The notes under the pieces: generated by a model | The model's database searches: none | Told to the model about the DNA's origin: nothing | Seen by the model: only the letters and a program-made list of their open reading frames with translations | Shown here: in pieces, positions 43,254 through 52,634 of the stretch | Layout of the letters: the number at the start of each line of letters is the position of its first letter | How positions within the stretch are numbered: the stretch's first letter is position 1 | Source of the DNA: Candidatus Hydrogenedentota bacterium | Lineage (GTDB): Bacteria > Hydrogenedentota > Hydrogenedentia > Hydrogenedentales > SLHB01 | Assembly: GCA_963668025.2 (NCBI GenBank) | Contig: CAXXTH010000018.1 | Coordinates: 513,763-577,762 of the forward strand | Length of the DNA stretch: 64,000 bases | Direction: 5' to 3' | Translations under genes and position numbers: made by a program

Positions 43254-44450
43254 ATGCGGGTATCGGTTCTCATTCTTTTAGCCGCGTGGTTCACAATCGT
43301 TTTTACAGCGAATGCAGAGCCGATCACGGTTCATGAGACAGTCGTGTTCGACGGACACAAGGGATGGGAGCACGACGGCGTGACGTACCGCTTAGCATGC
43401 GCGGCGTATATCGCGGAAATGCCGAATGGCGACCTGCTTACCTGGTGGCTGTCGGGAAGCGACAATGAGCCTTCGACGGACAACAACGTGCTGGCGTCGC
43501 GCTCGACAGACAAGGGGAAGACTTGGAGCGAACCGTATGTGCTCCTCGCGGCGGGCAAACACGCGGTCTGGTTTGGGCCGGTATGGGTGGAGGACGGCAA
43601 GGTGATTGCGTTCTGCGCGGAGTGGCCTGCGGAATTCCAATATACCATCTGGTATTACTATCGCATGGAATCCATCGATAACGGGCACACCTGGAGCGAG
43701 CGGGAGCCCGTATCGTTACGCCCCACCAACAACATCATGATGCATCGCATCACTCGGCTACAAAACGGCGAGTACCTGGTTCCTGCGTGTTTTTATGACA
43801 AGCGTACGGTTCCGTTGACGGCCAGCCTCGAAGCACTGGCCCACACGAAGACAGAAAAGGAGGCCCTCGCACTGCCACCCGATCCGGCCATTGCAGCGAA
43901 TCCGCCTATATTCCTCACACACCAGCATGGCACCTCGGCGTTGATAACTGCCGATCCAGAACTGCGGGGATTAAAGGAGTATGGCAGCATCCGCAACCGT
44001 CCACTGGGCCTGCTGGAAGGCACAGCGGTGCAACTAAACGACGGACGTATCGTGATGCTGATGCGCGCGGAATGGGGCGGCTACCTCTGGCGGGCGGAGA
44101 GTGCGGACAATGGCCGCACATGGACCGACGCCTGGCAGACGGATATTCCCAATCCGACCACGCTCGCCTATCTGCTCCGCTTGCCCGACGGCCGCATCGC
44201 GCTGGTGCATAATGCCACCGGCGCTGAACCTGGCCATGCGGGCATACGTGATCCGCTGTCCATCTGGCTGAGCAATGACGAGATGGAGACATGGTACATC
44301 AAGGAAGACGTCATCATCGCCCATAAACAGGCGCAACTGTCGTATCCCTGCCCGATTGCCGTGGACGGCAAGCTGGTGTTTACCTACGACCGTGACCGGC
44401 GGGAAACCCGTTTCGTGGAAGTGACGCTCCCGCCCCTGCCGAAACCGTAA
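43254..44450 (+). CDS. Secreted BNR/Asp-box sialidase-like protein (paralog 2)
   Basis: Tandem duplicate of the upstream gene with the same Asp boxes. Confidence 0.88.
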   Translation: MRVSVLILLAAWFTIVFTANAEPITVHETVVFDGHKGWEHDGVTYRLACAAYIAEMPNGDLLTWWLSGSDNEPSTDNNVLASRSTDKGKTWSEPYVLLAAGKHAVWFGPVWVEDGKVIAFCAEWPAEFQYTIWYYYRMESIDNGHTWSEREPVSLRPTNNIMMHRITRLQNGEYLVPACFYDKRTVPLTASLEALAHTKTEKEALALPPDPAIAANPPIFLTHQHGTSALITADPELRGLKEYGSIRNRPLGLLEGTAVQLNDGRIVMLMRAEWGGYLWRAESADNGRTWTDAWQTDIPNPTTLAYLLRLPDGRIALVHNATGAEPGHAGIRDPLSIWLSNDEMETWYIKEDVIIAHKQAQLSYPCPIAVDGKLVFTYDRDRRETRFVEVTLPPLPKP

Positions 44451-44506
44451 TCTTGTTGTGCCAACTGGCCGGAATGATCAAGAAACAGCACATAAAACAA
44501 AAAAAC

Positions 44507-44531
44507 GCATGGGCAGAACGCCCATGCCACG
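44507..44531 (-). repeat. REP-like palindrome
   Basis: GTGGCATGGGCGTTCTGCCCATGC, related to the 6777 cluster. Confidence 0.65.
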
Positions 44532-44569
44532 AAAAATCACTACGTGATGGCCAGTTCGCTCTATTTGGC

Positions 44570-45040
44570 TTAGTGGCCTGGAAATTCCGCCGCATACCGG
44601 GCGATCCACTCGAGGGCGGCGTCTTGCGCGCTTAACTCGCGTCCTTCCAGTGCCCGGACATTGCGCCTGTAATGCTCGATTTGGCAGATCTGCTCGATCA
44701 TACGAGCGCGGAATACCTGCTCTTTGTCGGCAAACTCCATCCCCACGTCGAAGTGGTCCGATTCCCGGCAACACCACGCCACTTTGCCATCGAGTTCGAA
44801 GGGCGGCTTTACCACTGGTATCTGCACATGCACGAGAGTGCCTGTGGGAAACACCGCATCAGACATAAAACAAAGCCCACCGCCGCTCACATTTATGGTA
44901 TTGCCCATGTTTTCGACCAAGCCAAAGGCGTCTTTCGCACCCACTCGAATAGGCACATCGGCGGGATGGCGCAAAAACATGCGGGGGTCTTCGGGATGGT
45001 TTCCTACTGAAGCGCTTGCAGCTAAATAACCGTTTGCCAT
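44570..45040 (-). CDS. PilZ domain protein
   Basis: RMFLRHP (RxxxR), NVSGGG ((D/N)xSxxG), VAWC, VGMEF. Confidence 0.88.
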   Translation of the reverse strand: MANGYLAASASVGNHPEDPRMFLRHPADVPIRVGAKDAFGLVENMGNTINVSGGGLCFMSDAVFPTGTLVHVQIPVVKPPFELDGKVAWCCRESDHFDVGMEFADKEQVFRARMIEQICQIEHYRRNVRALEGRELSAQDAALEWIARYAAEFPGH

Positions 45041-45255
45041 GGCATTACCTCGCAATCTGGGCGTTACGCTCCGAAAGCGGTGAATAAGCTATATCTATTA
45101 TAACACAACACGTATCCAAACAGCGGGCGGGCGTAAAAGATTCCCTCTCTTTCTCTATCCCAGAATTCGTTTTTCAGTAGGAAAATTAGATGCACTATGA
45201 TACAGTGCTGAACGGGTTCATAGGGTAGTCGTCTGAACTGGGAAGGGCGTTGTAC

Positions 45256-47265
45256 GTGGCTCATCTTCAGGGTTGGTGTATCTGCTCGCTTCTTATCCTC
45301 TCTCTTTTTCCTGCGCAAGCTCAGGAAGCTGCACCCGTTAACAGAGCTGCATATACGGCCCGGCTGGCGCAAGACCTTTCTGCGGGTTATCTGCATATGA
45401 ATGATAAAGAGGGCGCACTTTCCTTCAAAGCACTTCCTCCCGATTATCCCTCGGATGCCGCAACCGGCGCGATTTCCATCGGCGAAGCCAAAAACGATTT
45501 CATCGGTTACGCTTGTGACAAGAATACCCAGCACGTATGGATTGACATCAATCGCAACCTGGACCTCACTGATGATCCATCCGTTCACGTTTGCCCAGTG
45601 GAAACGGAATATATAAACCATCACTATGCAGACGTTGAGTTTGATATGCCCGGCGAACCTGCCCGGCGATACAGGATGGATATTCGATTAAATTCATTGG
45701 CTAAAACCAGTTTTACGGTCATATCTGGCTGGGAGGGTTTCGTCGAGCTGCCGACAGGGAAGTATCCCATCAGCATAACCGATAATCTGAATGGAAACAT
45801 TGATTCTGGTGACGCCGTGATGATCGGGTATCGAGGGGCCGAAACAGTAGAGAGTTATAGGCCAGGAGGCATCTGCGCGGCAGGCAATCCCAGCCACTTA
45901 TTCATTGACGGGAAAAACTACGCAATAACCTACCGGTTTGAACCGGGTGCTGCCGGTGTAGACTTGCTGGCGGAATTCCATGAAACCTCTTCTCCCATGC
46001 TGGAAGCCATCGTGGCGGGCCGACATATCGACCGGATGGTGTTGGTTGGAAATCAAGGAACGTTATTTCTCGACTATCCCAGCGCAACCATAGCGGTTCC
46101 CGCAGGTTCATATACGCTCACGAGAATCATCTTGAATGCAGGCAAGGAAGATTGGAAATTCGAAAGCGCTCCCGGCCATCGGTATGTCTTTGAAGCGGGC
46201 AAGCCCGTTATCATCGAAGAAGGCGCGCCGCTCAGCAACTCGCTGGACTTGCATAAAGGTGTATTCGTTGTTTCCACCAGCTACAAGCTCCGCGACAAGA
46301 CGGGTGCAACGTATGAGCCCGTTTCGCCATTTGATCTACCGCGTCCCCAGTTACTTGTGCTCAAAGGCGGCAAGCAGATTTTATCCACCAATTTTGAGTA
46401 TGGGTGAGGGGGCACATGTTCGTACTCATGGCGAGTACCTCTGGCCGCATACGGCGAATATGAATTCGCATCGGAGTGTGATATTGGTTGTCTGGGCGAC
46501 AAAGAAGGCCTTCGCCAAACCTTGCACATAACGCCGGTAGGAACGATGATTCATATATTGCCAGTCCTGCTACTGCTCATGTTGTTTCTATTGCCCCGTA
46601 ACCGGAACCGGCATGTGTTGTGGGTGTTAGCATCATGTTTGGTGTCTGGTTTTATTATATATGCGTTTTACTCTATTACAGCCGACCCGGCGAATGGCAT
46701 AAAGAGTATTGCCATTGGTTTCTTGTTTTATATGTATGGCCTGTGCGCTGCATGGTTATTGTCTGGCAAAGATCGCATAAAAGCACGCGCGGTAAATTTA
46801 CTTTTTACCATGGCGAAACTATATGTATCTAGCGGTATTGCTGTGTTTGCATTCTGGGGTTTTTCTATGAATTTCTTTCTCTACCTAGTAGCGGAAGGGA
46901 TCGTGGCAGGGAGCATGTTTGTCGCATTGCTTCTTACGGGTGCCTGTAACTCAAAAGCATGTATAGCTAGACGTGTTATATACTGGCTGGCATTTTGGAT
47001 CATAATATTATCTTTGTTTTTAGGCATATTCTTTGGCACTATGGAAGCAAGATCGCCGTCAGAGGAGAGCGATATTTTCTTGAAGGTGCTTGCTTCGTAT
47101 ACGCTTATGGGAGTGGTCTTGTACATCCAGACGTTCCCGTTCATCGCCTTGGCCTTATGGGAGCCGCATTTCAAACAGCGTTTCAGCAGCGTATATCCCT
47201 TCCCGCCAGAACCGGAGGATACACCGCTGGAAGTAGAGCCACCTGCTCCTACCGTAAACAGATAA
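45256..47265 (+). CDS. Predicted selenoprotein A1: exported domain, FEYG-U-GGTC, C-terminal multi-pass membrane domain (~669 aa)
   Basis: ORFs 45250-46407 and 46522-47265 are in one frame, separated only by TGA 46405-46407. Readthrough gives GGTCSYSWRVPLAAYGEYEFASECDIGCLG. SECIS-like hairpin follows. Confidence 0.82.
46422..46438 (+). promoter_or_regulatory. Candidate bacterial SECIS
   Basis: GTACTC-ATGGC-GAGTAC beginning 15 nt after the TGA. Confidence 0.75.
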
Positions 47266-47331
47266 GGTGTTTTGCAAACCAAAAGGCATCAAAACAGGCG
47301 AAAGAAAACAAGGAATCCGTTTCGCTTGTAT

Positions 47332-48099
47332 TCACTTCGCCGCGATGCGCGCCGCGCCGAGTGCGCCCGTGTATTGCGGATACATGGCCACTTGAATCGG
47401 CAGGGCCAGGGCGCGTTCGAGGGCTTTCGCCATACCCGGCACGAGCGCGCCGCCGCCGGTGAACGCTACGGGAGCAACAGGATCGCGGCCCGCCATGGCC
47501 TTGATGCGTGCGGCGATGCTGTGTTGCACACCCGCGCAAATATCCTCACGCGGCACGCCCGACGCCAGCAGGCCGATGATCTCTGTTTCGGCGAATACGA
47601 CGCACATGCTGCTGATGGCGGCGGGCTGTGCGCCACGGCTGGCGAGTTCGCCCAGCGCATCGAGCCGGACGCCCATGCGGGTGGCCACCACTTCGAGAAA
47701 ACGGCCCGTGCCCGCCGCGCAGCGGTCGTTCATCACAAAATCGTTCACCGTTCCTCCGCCGTTCAATCGAATGATTTTGCTGTCCTGTCCGCCCAAATCG
47801 ATGACCGTGCGGGCCTCGGGCATGAGCCAATACACCCCGGCGGCGTGGCAAGTGATCTCCGTCACCGTGGCGTCCGCGAAGCCGATCAACTGGCGGCCGT
47901 AACCGGTCGCCACGATACGGTGGACCGCTTCCCGTGTTAAGCCCGCTTCTTTCAACAGGCGCTCGAACAGGGAATCGGCAAGCGCCTCCTGCTCGACGCC
48001 TTGGTCCACCATGCCGAAGCGCAATAGGGACTGTTGTGTCGCGTCATATAGCGCCACTTTAATCGCCCGCGACCCGGCGTCAATTCCCGCAGTAATCAT
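47332..48099 (-). CDS. ATP-dependent activase (HgdC / BcrAD / BadFG ASKHA family)
   Basis: GIDAGS, ATGYGR, TEITCH, IDLGGQDSK, MNDRCAAGTGRFLE, SMCVVFAETE, FTGGGA. Confidence 0.93.
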   Translation of the reverse strand: MITAGIDAGSRAIKVALYDATQQSLLRFGMVDQGVEQEALADSLFERLLKEAGLTREAVHRIVATGYGRQLIGFADATVTEITCHAAGVYWLMPEARTVIDLGGQDSKIIRLNGGGTVNDFVMNDRCAAGTGRFLEVVATRMGVRLDALGELASRGAQPAAISSMCVVFAETEIIGLLASGVPREDICAGVQHSIAARIKAMAGRDPVAPVAFTGGGALVPGMAKALERALALPIQVAMYPQYTGALGAARIAAK

Positions 48100-49480
48100 G
48101 TTGGACTCCTTTGTTCTCCCGGCGCATATAGATGGCCTCCACCAATGCCTGCAATCGGGTGCGTAGCGACGGCCCCATGGCGTCGCTCACCGGCGGCGCT
48201 TCCAGTTCCACTACAGGCAATCCCAGCCGCTCCCGGACCTGCTGGGCGATGGCTTCGCCCTCGAAAGCGCAGTGGCTGGCTCCGGGAATGCGGGAAACCA
48301 CCACCCCTTCCGCGCGAAACCGGACGCAATCGGCGCATACGCGCACGGCGCGGTCTTCAGCGGAACCGGCCATCGGGTCCGCCAAGGCCGCACGCGTCAA
48401 GGCTTCCATGGGCGGAATATCCTCGGGCAGCGGGTCCAAGGCGTGGCTGAACATGAAATCCGTCCCAGCCAGCCGTGCGCCGCAGTCCTCGAATAGGTTC
48501 ATCATGCGCAGATCCGCCACGGGATTCACCCAGAACACGCGCGCGGCATCACTCGGCGCGACTCCCTCCTTATTCTCGACGCGGGTACACGCCAATGCCA
48601 GCATATCTTCCAAAACCGCCAGGCTCTCGGTGCGGTCGGAACAAAAATGAATCGCCAGCATCTCAGCGATGAGCATTTCCAGCGCCGGTATGGGGGCGGA
48701 AGACGTGGAATATGCGAGCTGGCGGAGTTCGCGCAGGGCCGCTCGCACCCGGTTGGCCTGCCGGACGCCGTCGCACAACGCTTCATCCGTTAGTGTGTGG
48801 CCCGCCAGCTCTTCGAAGGCGGCCCGCAACCGCTCCAGTTCTCCACGCACAAAGGCCACTTGCGCCGCTGGCGCGATGCATCCACCGGGCAATTCCACCG
48901 CCGGTTCGCCTGGCTCGGGAGTGCGGCGGTGGGGCATTTCCCACCACAGGATGGGGTAGCCAAGGCCGTTCAGCCGCTGGGCAATGGCGGAGAAGTCGTC
49001 GCATGTGGCCCCTACGCTGCACGTGAGCAGATCGGGGATCGGGAAATGGGCTTCGGTCAAAAATGCGCCCAGCATGGCGCGCACGGGACAGAAGGATTCG
49101 CCGACGCCCAGCGAATCGGCGATGGCCAGCAGGCCGGTATTCAACTCCATCACGCAGGGGATCCACCACGCCCCATCGGGATAAAACGCCACCAGTTCAG
49201 GAAAAGCATACGCCAGCACGGGAACCGTGCCCAGATCTTTCATGGTTCCTACGATTTTTTTACCGGATGCCCGGGCCGCGTGGAGTCGGTCTTCCTCCGT
49301 GAGCAGGAAATTCCACAGCCGGAACGCGGCGGGGCTGTCATCGTAGAGCAAGCGTTCAAGGCGGAGATCGCCATCTTCGTCGACATGGCGGCGGAGCGGG
49401 CCATGGTAAGACACGCGGCTTTCGCTTGCCGCATAATGTGCGTCCATGGCATCAAGAGATATTTTCGGCACGATGGTCAT
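48080..49480 (-). CDS. 2-hydroxyacyl-CoA dehydratase (HAD) family subunit, divergent
   Basis: FCPVRAMLG, GATCDDF, GASHCAFE, LRTRLQAL.E. Start MTIVPK overlaps the upstream stop (ATGA). Confidence 0.78.
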   Translation of the reverse strand: MTIVPKISLDAMDAHYAASESRVSYHGPLRRHVDEDGDLRLERLLYDDSPAAFRLWNFLLTEEDRLHAARASGKKIVGTMKDLGTVPVLAYAFPELVAFYPDGAWWIPCVMELNTGLLAIADSLGVGESFCPVRAMLGAFLTEAHFPIPDLLTCSVGATCDDFSAIAQRLNGLGYPILWWEMPHRRTPEPGEPAVELPGGCIAPAAQVAFVRGELERLRAAFEELAGHTLTDEALCDGVRQANRVRAALRELRQLAYSTSSAPIPALEMLIAEMLAIHFCSDRTESLAVLEDMLALACTRVENKEGVAPSDAARVFWVNPVADLRMMNLFEDCGARLAGTDFMFSHALDPLPEDIPPMEALTRAALADPMAGSAEDRAVRVCADCVRFRAEGVVVSRIPGASHCAFEGEAIAQQVRERLGLPVVELEAPPVSDAMGPSLRTRLQALVEAIYMRRENKGVQHDYCGN

Positions 49481-50460
49481 CGCAAGGCCTCTAGGAATGA
49501 CTCGAGCCGCGTGGCGGTGCGCGGTGTGACGCCCTCGTCGTCGGCATCCACCGCCACCACCGGCAGCGTGGTCCATTCCCGCAAGCGGGCTTCTTCCGCC
49601 GCCCACGTGTCGCACCACAAACGCCGGATGAACACGACGCCCCGCACGCCGCGCGCGGCGAACTCCCGTTGCAGCCATTGATAGAGCAGCGTGTTGGGCC
49701 GCCGAAATGCATCGGGAATGCCGCTGAAGTAGGCTCCGGCCAGTTCACCAAAAGGATCGTCGTGTAGCGCCCGCCGGTCAAACGGGGCAGGCCAAGTACG
49801 TTCGCCGTTACCTGTTGCGTCGAGTACGAGGCGTCCGCCCCGCGCCTCGATGAAGTCAAATAAGTCCCAAAACCGTTCCGGCAATTCGGGGCCTACGACA
49901 GCCACCGGTATGCCTTGGCCACAATCAGGGATTCCTGGAAAGGCGGGCAGCGCCGTGTTCGGATCTGACTGGCATTTGCGGAGCGCCGACGCGAATACAC
50001 GGGCGGGCATCCAGGGGCGTGCATCGCGCAGACGCCGCCGGACGGTGTCATAGGCGTTCATCACTTCCGCGAGACTGGCGTTGCTGGGCCTTTCACCACC
50101 CAGCCGACACAGGAATCCTCCTAGACGCGCCAGTTCGCTTGCATACAACCGGTGCGCACTGGACGTCTGCCATGTGGCGGGCGCGTGCAGCAGGAAAACC
50201 GGATACGAGCACTCCCGCGCGGCCATCTCTGCGGCGCGGCGCATCTGGTCGCATGCCGTAGTGAAGACAGCGCCTTGGACGGGCGCTTCGCGCAAGGCAT
50301 GGACATACGCGCCCGCGTAGGCGCATACGCCCATGGGCATGGGCGCGGGAGGCTGCAAAATCGGCAGCCGCACGGAGCACACGCCATGGGCGCACAGCCA
50401 TTCCGGCGGCACGAATGGGCTGTCGCATGCCACGGCCAGCTTGGGTTCAAGGAGCGTCAT
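49477..50460 (-). CDS. HAD family subunit (short)
   Basis: SPFVPPEW, GVCAYA, TTACDQMRR, WCDTW, TRLESFLE. Confidence 0.78.
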   Translation of the reverse strand: MTLLEPKLAVACDSPFVPPEWLCAHGVCSVRLPILQPPAPMPMGVCAYAGAYVHALREAPVQGAVFTTACDQMRRAAEMAARECSYPVFLLHAPATWQTSSAHRLYASELARLGGFLCRLGGERPSNASLAEVMNAYDTVRRRLRDARPWMPARVFASALRKCQSDPNTALPAFPGIPDCGQGIPVAVVGPELPERFWDLFDFIEARGGRLVLDATGNGERTWPAPFDRRALHDDPFGELAGAYFSGIPDAFRRPNTLLYQWLQREFAARGVRGVVFIRRLWCDTWAAEEARLREWTTLPVVAVDADDEGVTPRTATRLESFLEALR

Positions 50461-50466
50461 GCCAGG

Positions 50467-51702
50467 CTACGCCCTCGCCTTGGCCGTCTCGAACAGCGCC
50501 TCGACGCGCACGGCGATGCGGGCGGAATCGGACGGCGAATAATCGGTTTCGAGACGCAGATAGGGCAGCCCCAGTTCCTCGATGGCGAACCGCCGCACGT
50601 GGAACGACTCGACATCGTAAGTGAGGCAGGCCTGCCAGACCAGTTCGATGATGCAATCGGGTCGGTATTCCGCCGCCAGCCGCCGCAGGCTCTCGATGCG
50701 GTCCGTGTTGGGCGTCATGACCGAGCAGGGCAGGTGGTAGTATTTAGCGGCCAGGGCGCGCAGCGGGTCGGGCGCGTATTCGTCTACATCCTCAATGATG
50801 GGCTTCACTCCGGTGCAGTTTTCCATGCAGACCACCAGCCCGCCGCTGGCTTCGATGATATCCAGGACGCGCTCCGCGCCATGGGGCATGGGCACGCCAG
50901 TCAAGAGCACGCGCGTGCGCTGGCCTGGATCAGACGGATCGGACAGATCGGACGGATCATGGTAATATGCGATGGCGCGCTCGTATTGGGCGAAGTCGGC
51001 TTCGAGGCCGGAGATGCTGCTCTTGAAAGCCAGCAATTCGTGGCTCGTGAACGGTGGTTCAGCGCGTTGCATCAGGGCGGCAAGTTCGCGGCGCAAGGCG
51101 CGTTCGCGGTTCATCACGCAGATAGCCGCGCGCAACGCATCGTCGGTGATGGCGCGGCCATAGCGCGCCTCGAGAAACGCCAGGAACGCGCGCAACTGGT
51201 TTTCCCAATAATCGAGGGCCTCGGGCCGCCCTTGTTTCTGGGGCAACTCGAGGATGTACATCTCCTTGCGGGCGGCCATCAGTTCATACATTTTCTTCTT
51301 CGCGTCGCAGGTCGTTTCCGCCACCACCAGGTCCGCCATTTCGAGGAACGGATTCGACTGCCGCGCGAAATAGCCATAGGTGGATTTCACCAGCGGGCAC
51401 AGGTTGGCGGGCAGGTGTTCCTCCGCCGCCGGGATGGTGGCCGCCGAACCGCCGCACAGGCAGACGGGCACGGCCCCCGCCGCCATAAGTAATTCGCGCG
51501 GGGTGTATTCACACATAATGCCCACGATGGGACGTCCCGCCGCCTGCTGTTCCCGCGCATACGCCAGGCAGTTCTCGATCATGCGCCCGAAATGGGCCTG
51601 GAACGCATGGGCGGCTGGCGCGGCCTTGCCACACGCCGGGGCCGCTGACACACAGGGATCCCCCGGCGTGATATGCACATCGCCTCCATAACACTTGCTC
51701 AT
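50467..51702 (-). CDS. Double-cubane-cluster anaerobic reductase-like protein (HAD family)
   Basis: GIMCEYTPREL, VCLCG, LPANLCPLVKSTYG, ETTCDAKKKMYE, ENCTG, LPCSVM, QACLTY, ETDYS. Confidence 0.85.
   Translation of the reverse strand: MSKCYGGDVHITPGDPCVSAAPACGKAAPAAHAFQAHFGRMIENCLAYAREQQAAGRPIVGIMCEYTPRELLMAAGAVPVCLCGGSAATIPAAEEHLPANLCPLVKSTYGYFARQSNPFLEMADLVVAETTCDAKKKMYELMAARKEMYILELPQKQGRPEALDYWENQLRAFLAFLEARYGRAITDDALRAAICVMNRERALRRELAALMQRAEPPFTSHELLAFKSSISGLEADFAQYERAIAYYHDPSDLSDPSDPGQRTRVLLTGVPMPHGAERVLDIIEASGGLVVCMENCTGVKPIIEDVDEYAPDPLRALAAKYYHLPCSVMTPNTDRIESLRRLAAEYRPDCIIELVWQACLTYDVESFHVRRFAIEELGLPYLRLETDYSPSDSARIAVRVEALFETAKARA
50927..50958 (-). repeat. In-frame 9-bp tandem repeat (DPSDLSDPSDP)
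   Basis: GATCCGTCC GATCTGTCC GATCCGTCT GATCC inside the reductase CDS. Confidence 0.7.
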
Positions 51703-51710
51703 GATACCCC

Positions 51711-52508
51711 CTATGATTTTTGGGCGACAATAAGCCCTTGAATAATTTTGCCTTGTTCCGCCAACTCACGCATGAACACCATCTCACCGCCCATGGCCTG
51801 CATCAGTTCCAGGTCGAATCCGATGCATCTGAGTGCGTCATAAGTAAGCTGCCGGGTAAGCATGTCGATATACAACGCCACACAAGGAGCAAAGCGGCCT
51901 GTATCTGCTGCATGCTTCACCGTACAGCCTGCCCCTTCGAGCAGCGCCGCATACCTGTCCAGCGTGAACACATTGGGGAATTTCATGAAGGCGCGGAATC
52001 GGGCGTCTTCCTCGGGCGTGAGGCCAGCCGGCCCCGCCAGCCAGTCCGTGAACGCAACAATCCCGCCAGGCTTCACCAAACGCACGGCCTCGGCGATGAG
52101 CTGGGGCTTGTCCTCGACATAACACCAGGCATCTTCACCCCACACGAAATCGGCCTCGCTCGATGGCAGGCCGCTGGCGCATACATCCGCCAGCGTGAAG
52201 GTGATGCGGTCCGCCAGCCCCTCGGCATTGCACCGGCCACGCCCGAGCTCGACTACATGCTCGGTGGCGTCTACGCCCTGCATGGCCGCGATGTCGCGAA
52301 AACGCACGAGGAAACGCATGCCAGCGCCGGTGCAACAGCATAAATCGATGCCGCGCATCCCGGGTTTAAAACCCGCCTTATCCGCAAGGTCCATGGACGA
52401 TTGGAAACCCCCAATATGGACCTGCTCCCCCATGACCAATTCCCATAAATCGCCCTCGGGGCCGCCATACACGGCCTGGACATCTTCGAGATGATATTCT
52501 TTCATCAT
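51711..52508 (-). CDS. Class I SAM-dependent methyltransferase
   Basis: HIGG, IDLCCCTGAG motif I, GVDAT, FVWGEDAWCYV, LVKPGG. Confidence 0.88.
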   Translation of the reverse strand: MMKEYHLEDVQAVYGGPEGDLWELVMGEQVHIGGFQSSMDLADKAGFKPGMRGIDLCCCTGAGMRFLVRFRDIAAMQGVDATEHVVELGRGRCNAEGLADRITFTLADVCASGLPSSEADFVWGEDAWCYVEDKPQLIAEAVRLVKPGGIVAFTDWLAGPAGLTPEEDARFRAFMKFPNVFTLDRYAALLEGAGCTVKHAADTGRFAPCVALYIDMLTRQLTYDALRCIGFDLELMQAMGGEMVFMRELAEQGKIIQGLIVAQKS

Positions 52509-52634
52509 ATACTACCTCCCAAATCATCTGCTTTTTGAGTCTCTTGAGCTTTTTGTGGCAAAAGAAAACCCTTCGCCAGTTCTTCAGAACCGGCGAAGGG
52601 CAAATCGCGTTTGGGCATGGAACGCCCGTATGCG

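Noticed and set aside
50152-51492. Long antisense ORFs (446 aa here; also 61430-62869, 30305-31333, 42031-43080)
   Set aside because: Shadow frames of well-supported GC-rich genes on the opposite strand, with no recognisable motifs.
52530-52562. GCCACAAAAAGCTCAAGAGACTCAAAAAG repeat-like tract before the methyltransferase
   Set aside because: Single copy with no partner in the window; too weak to call.
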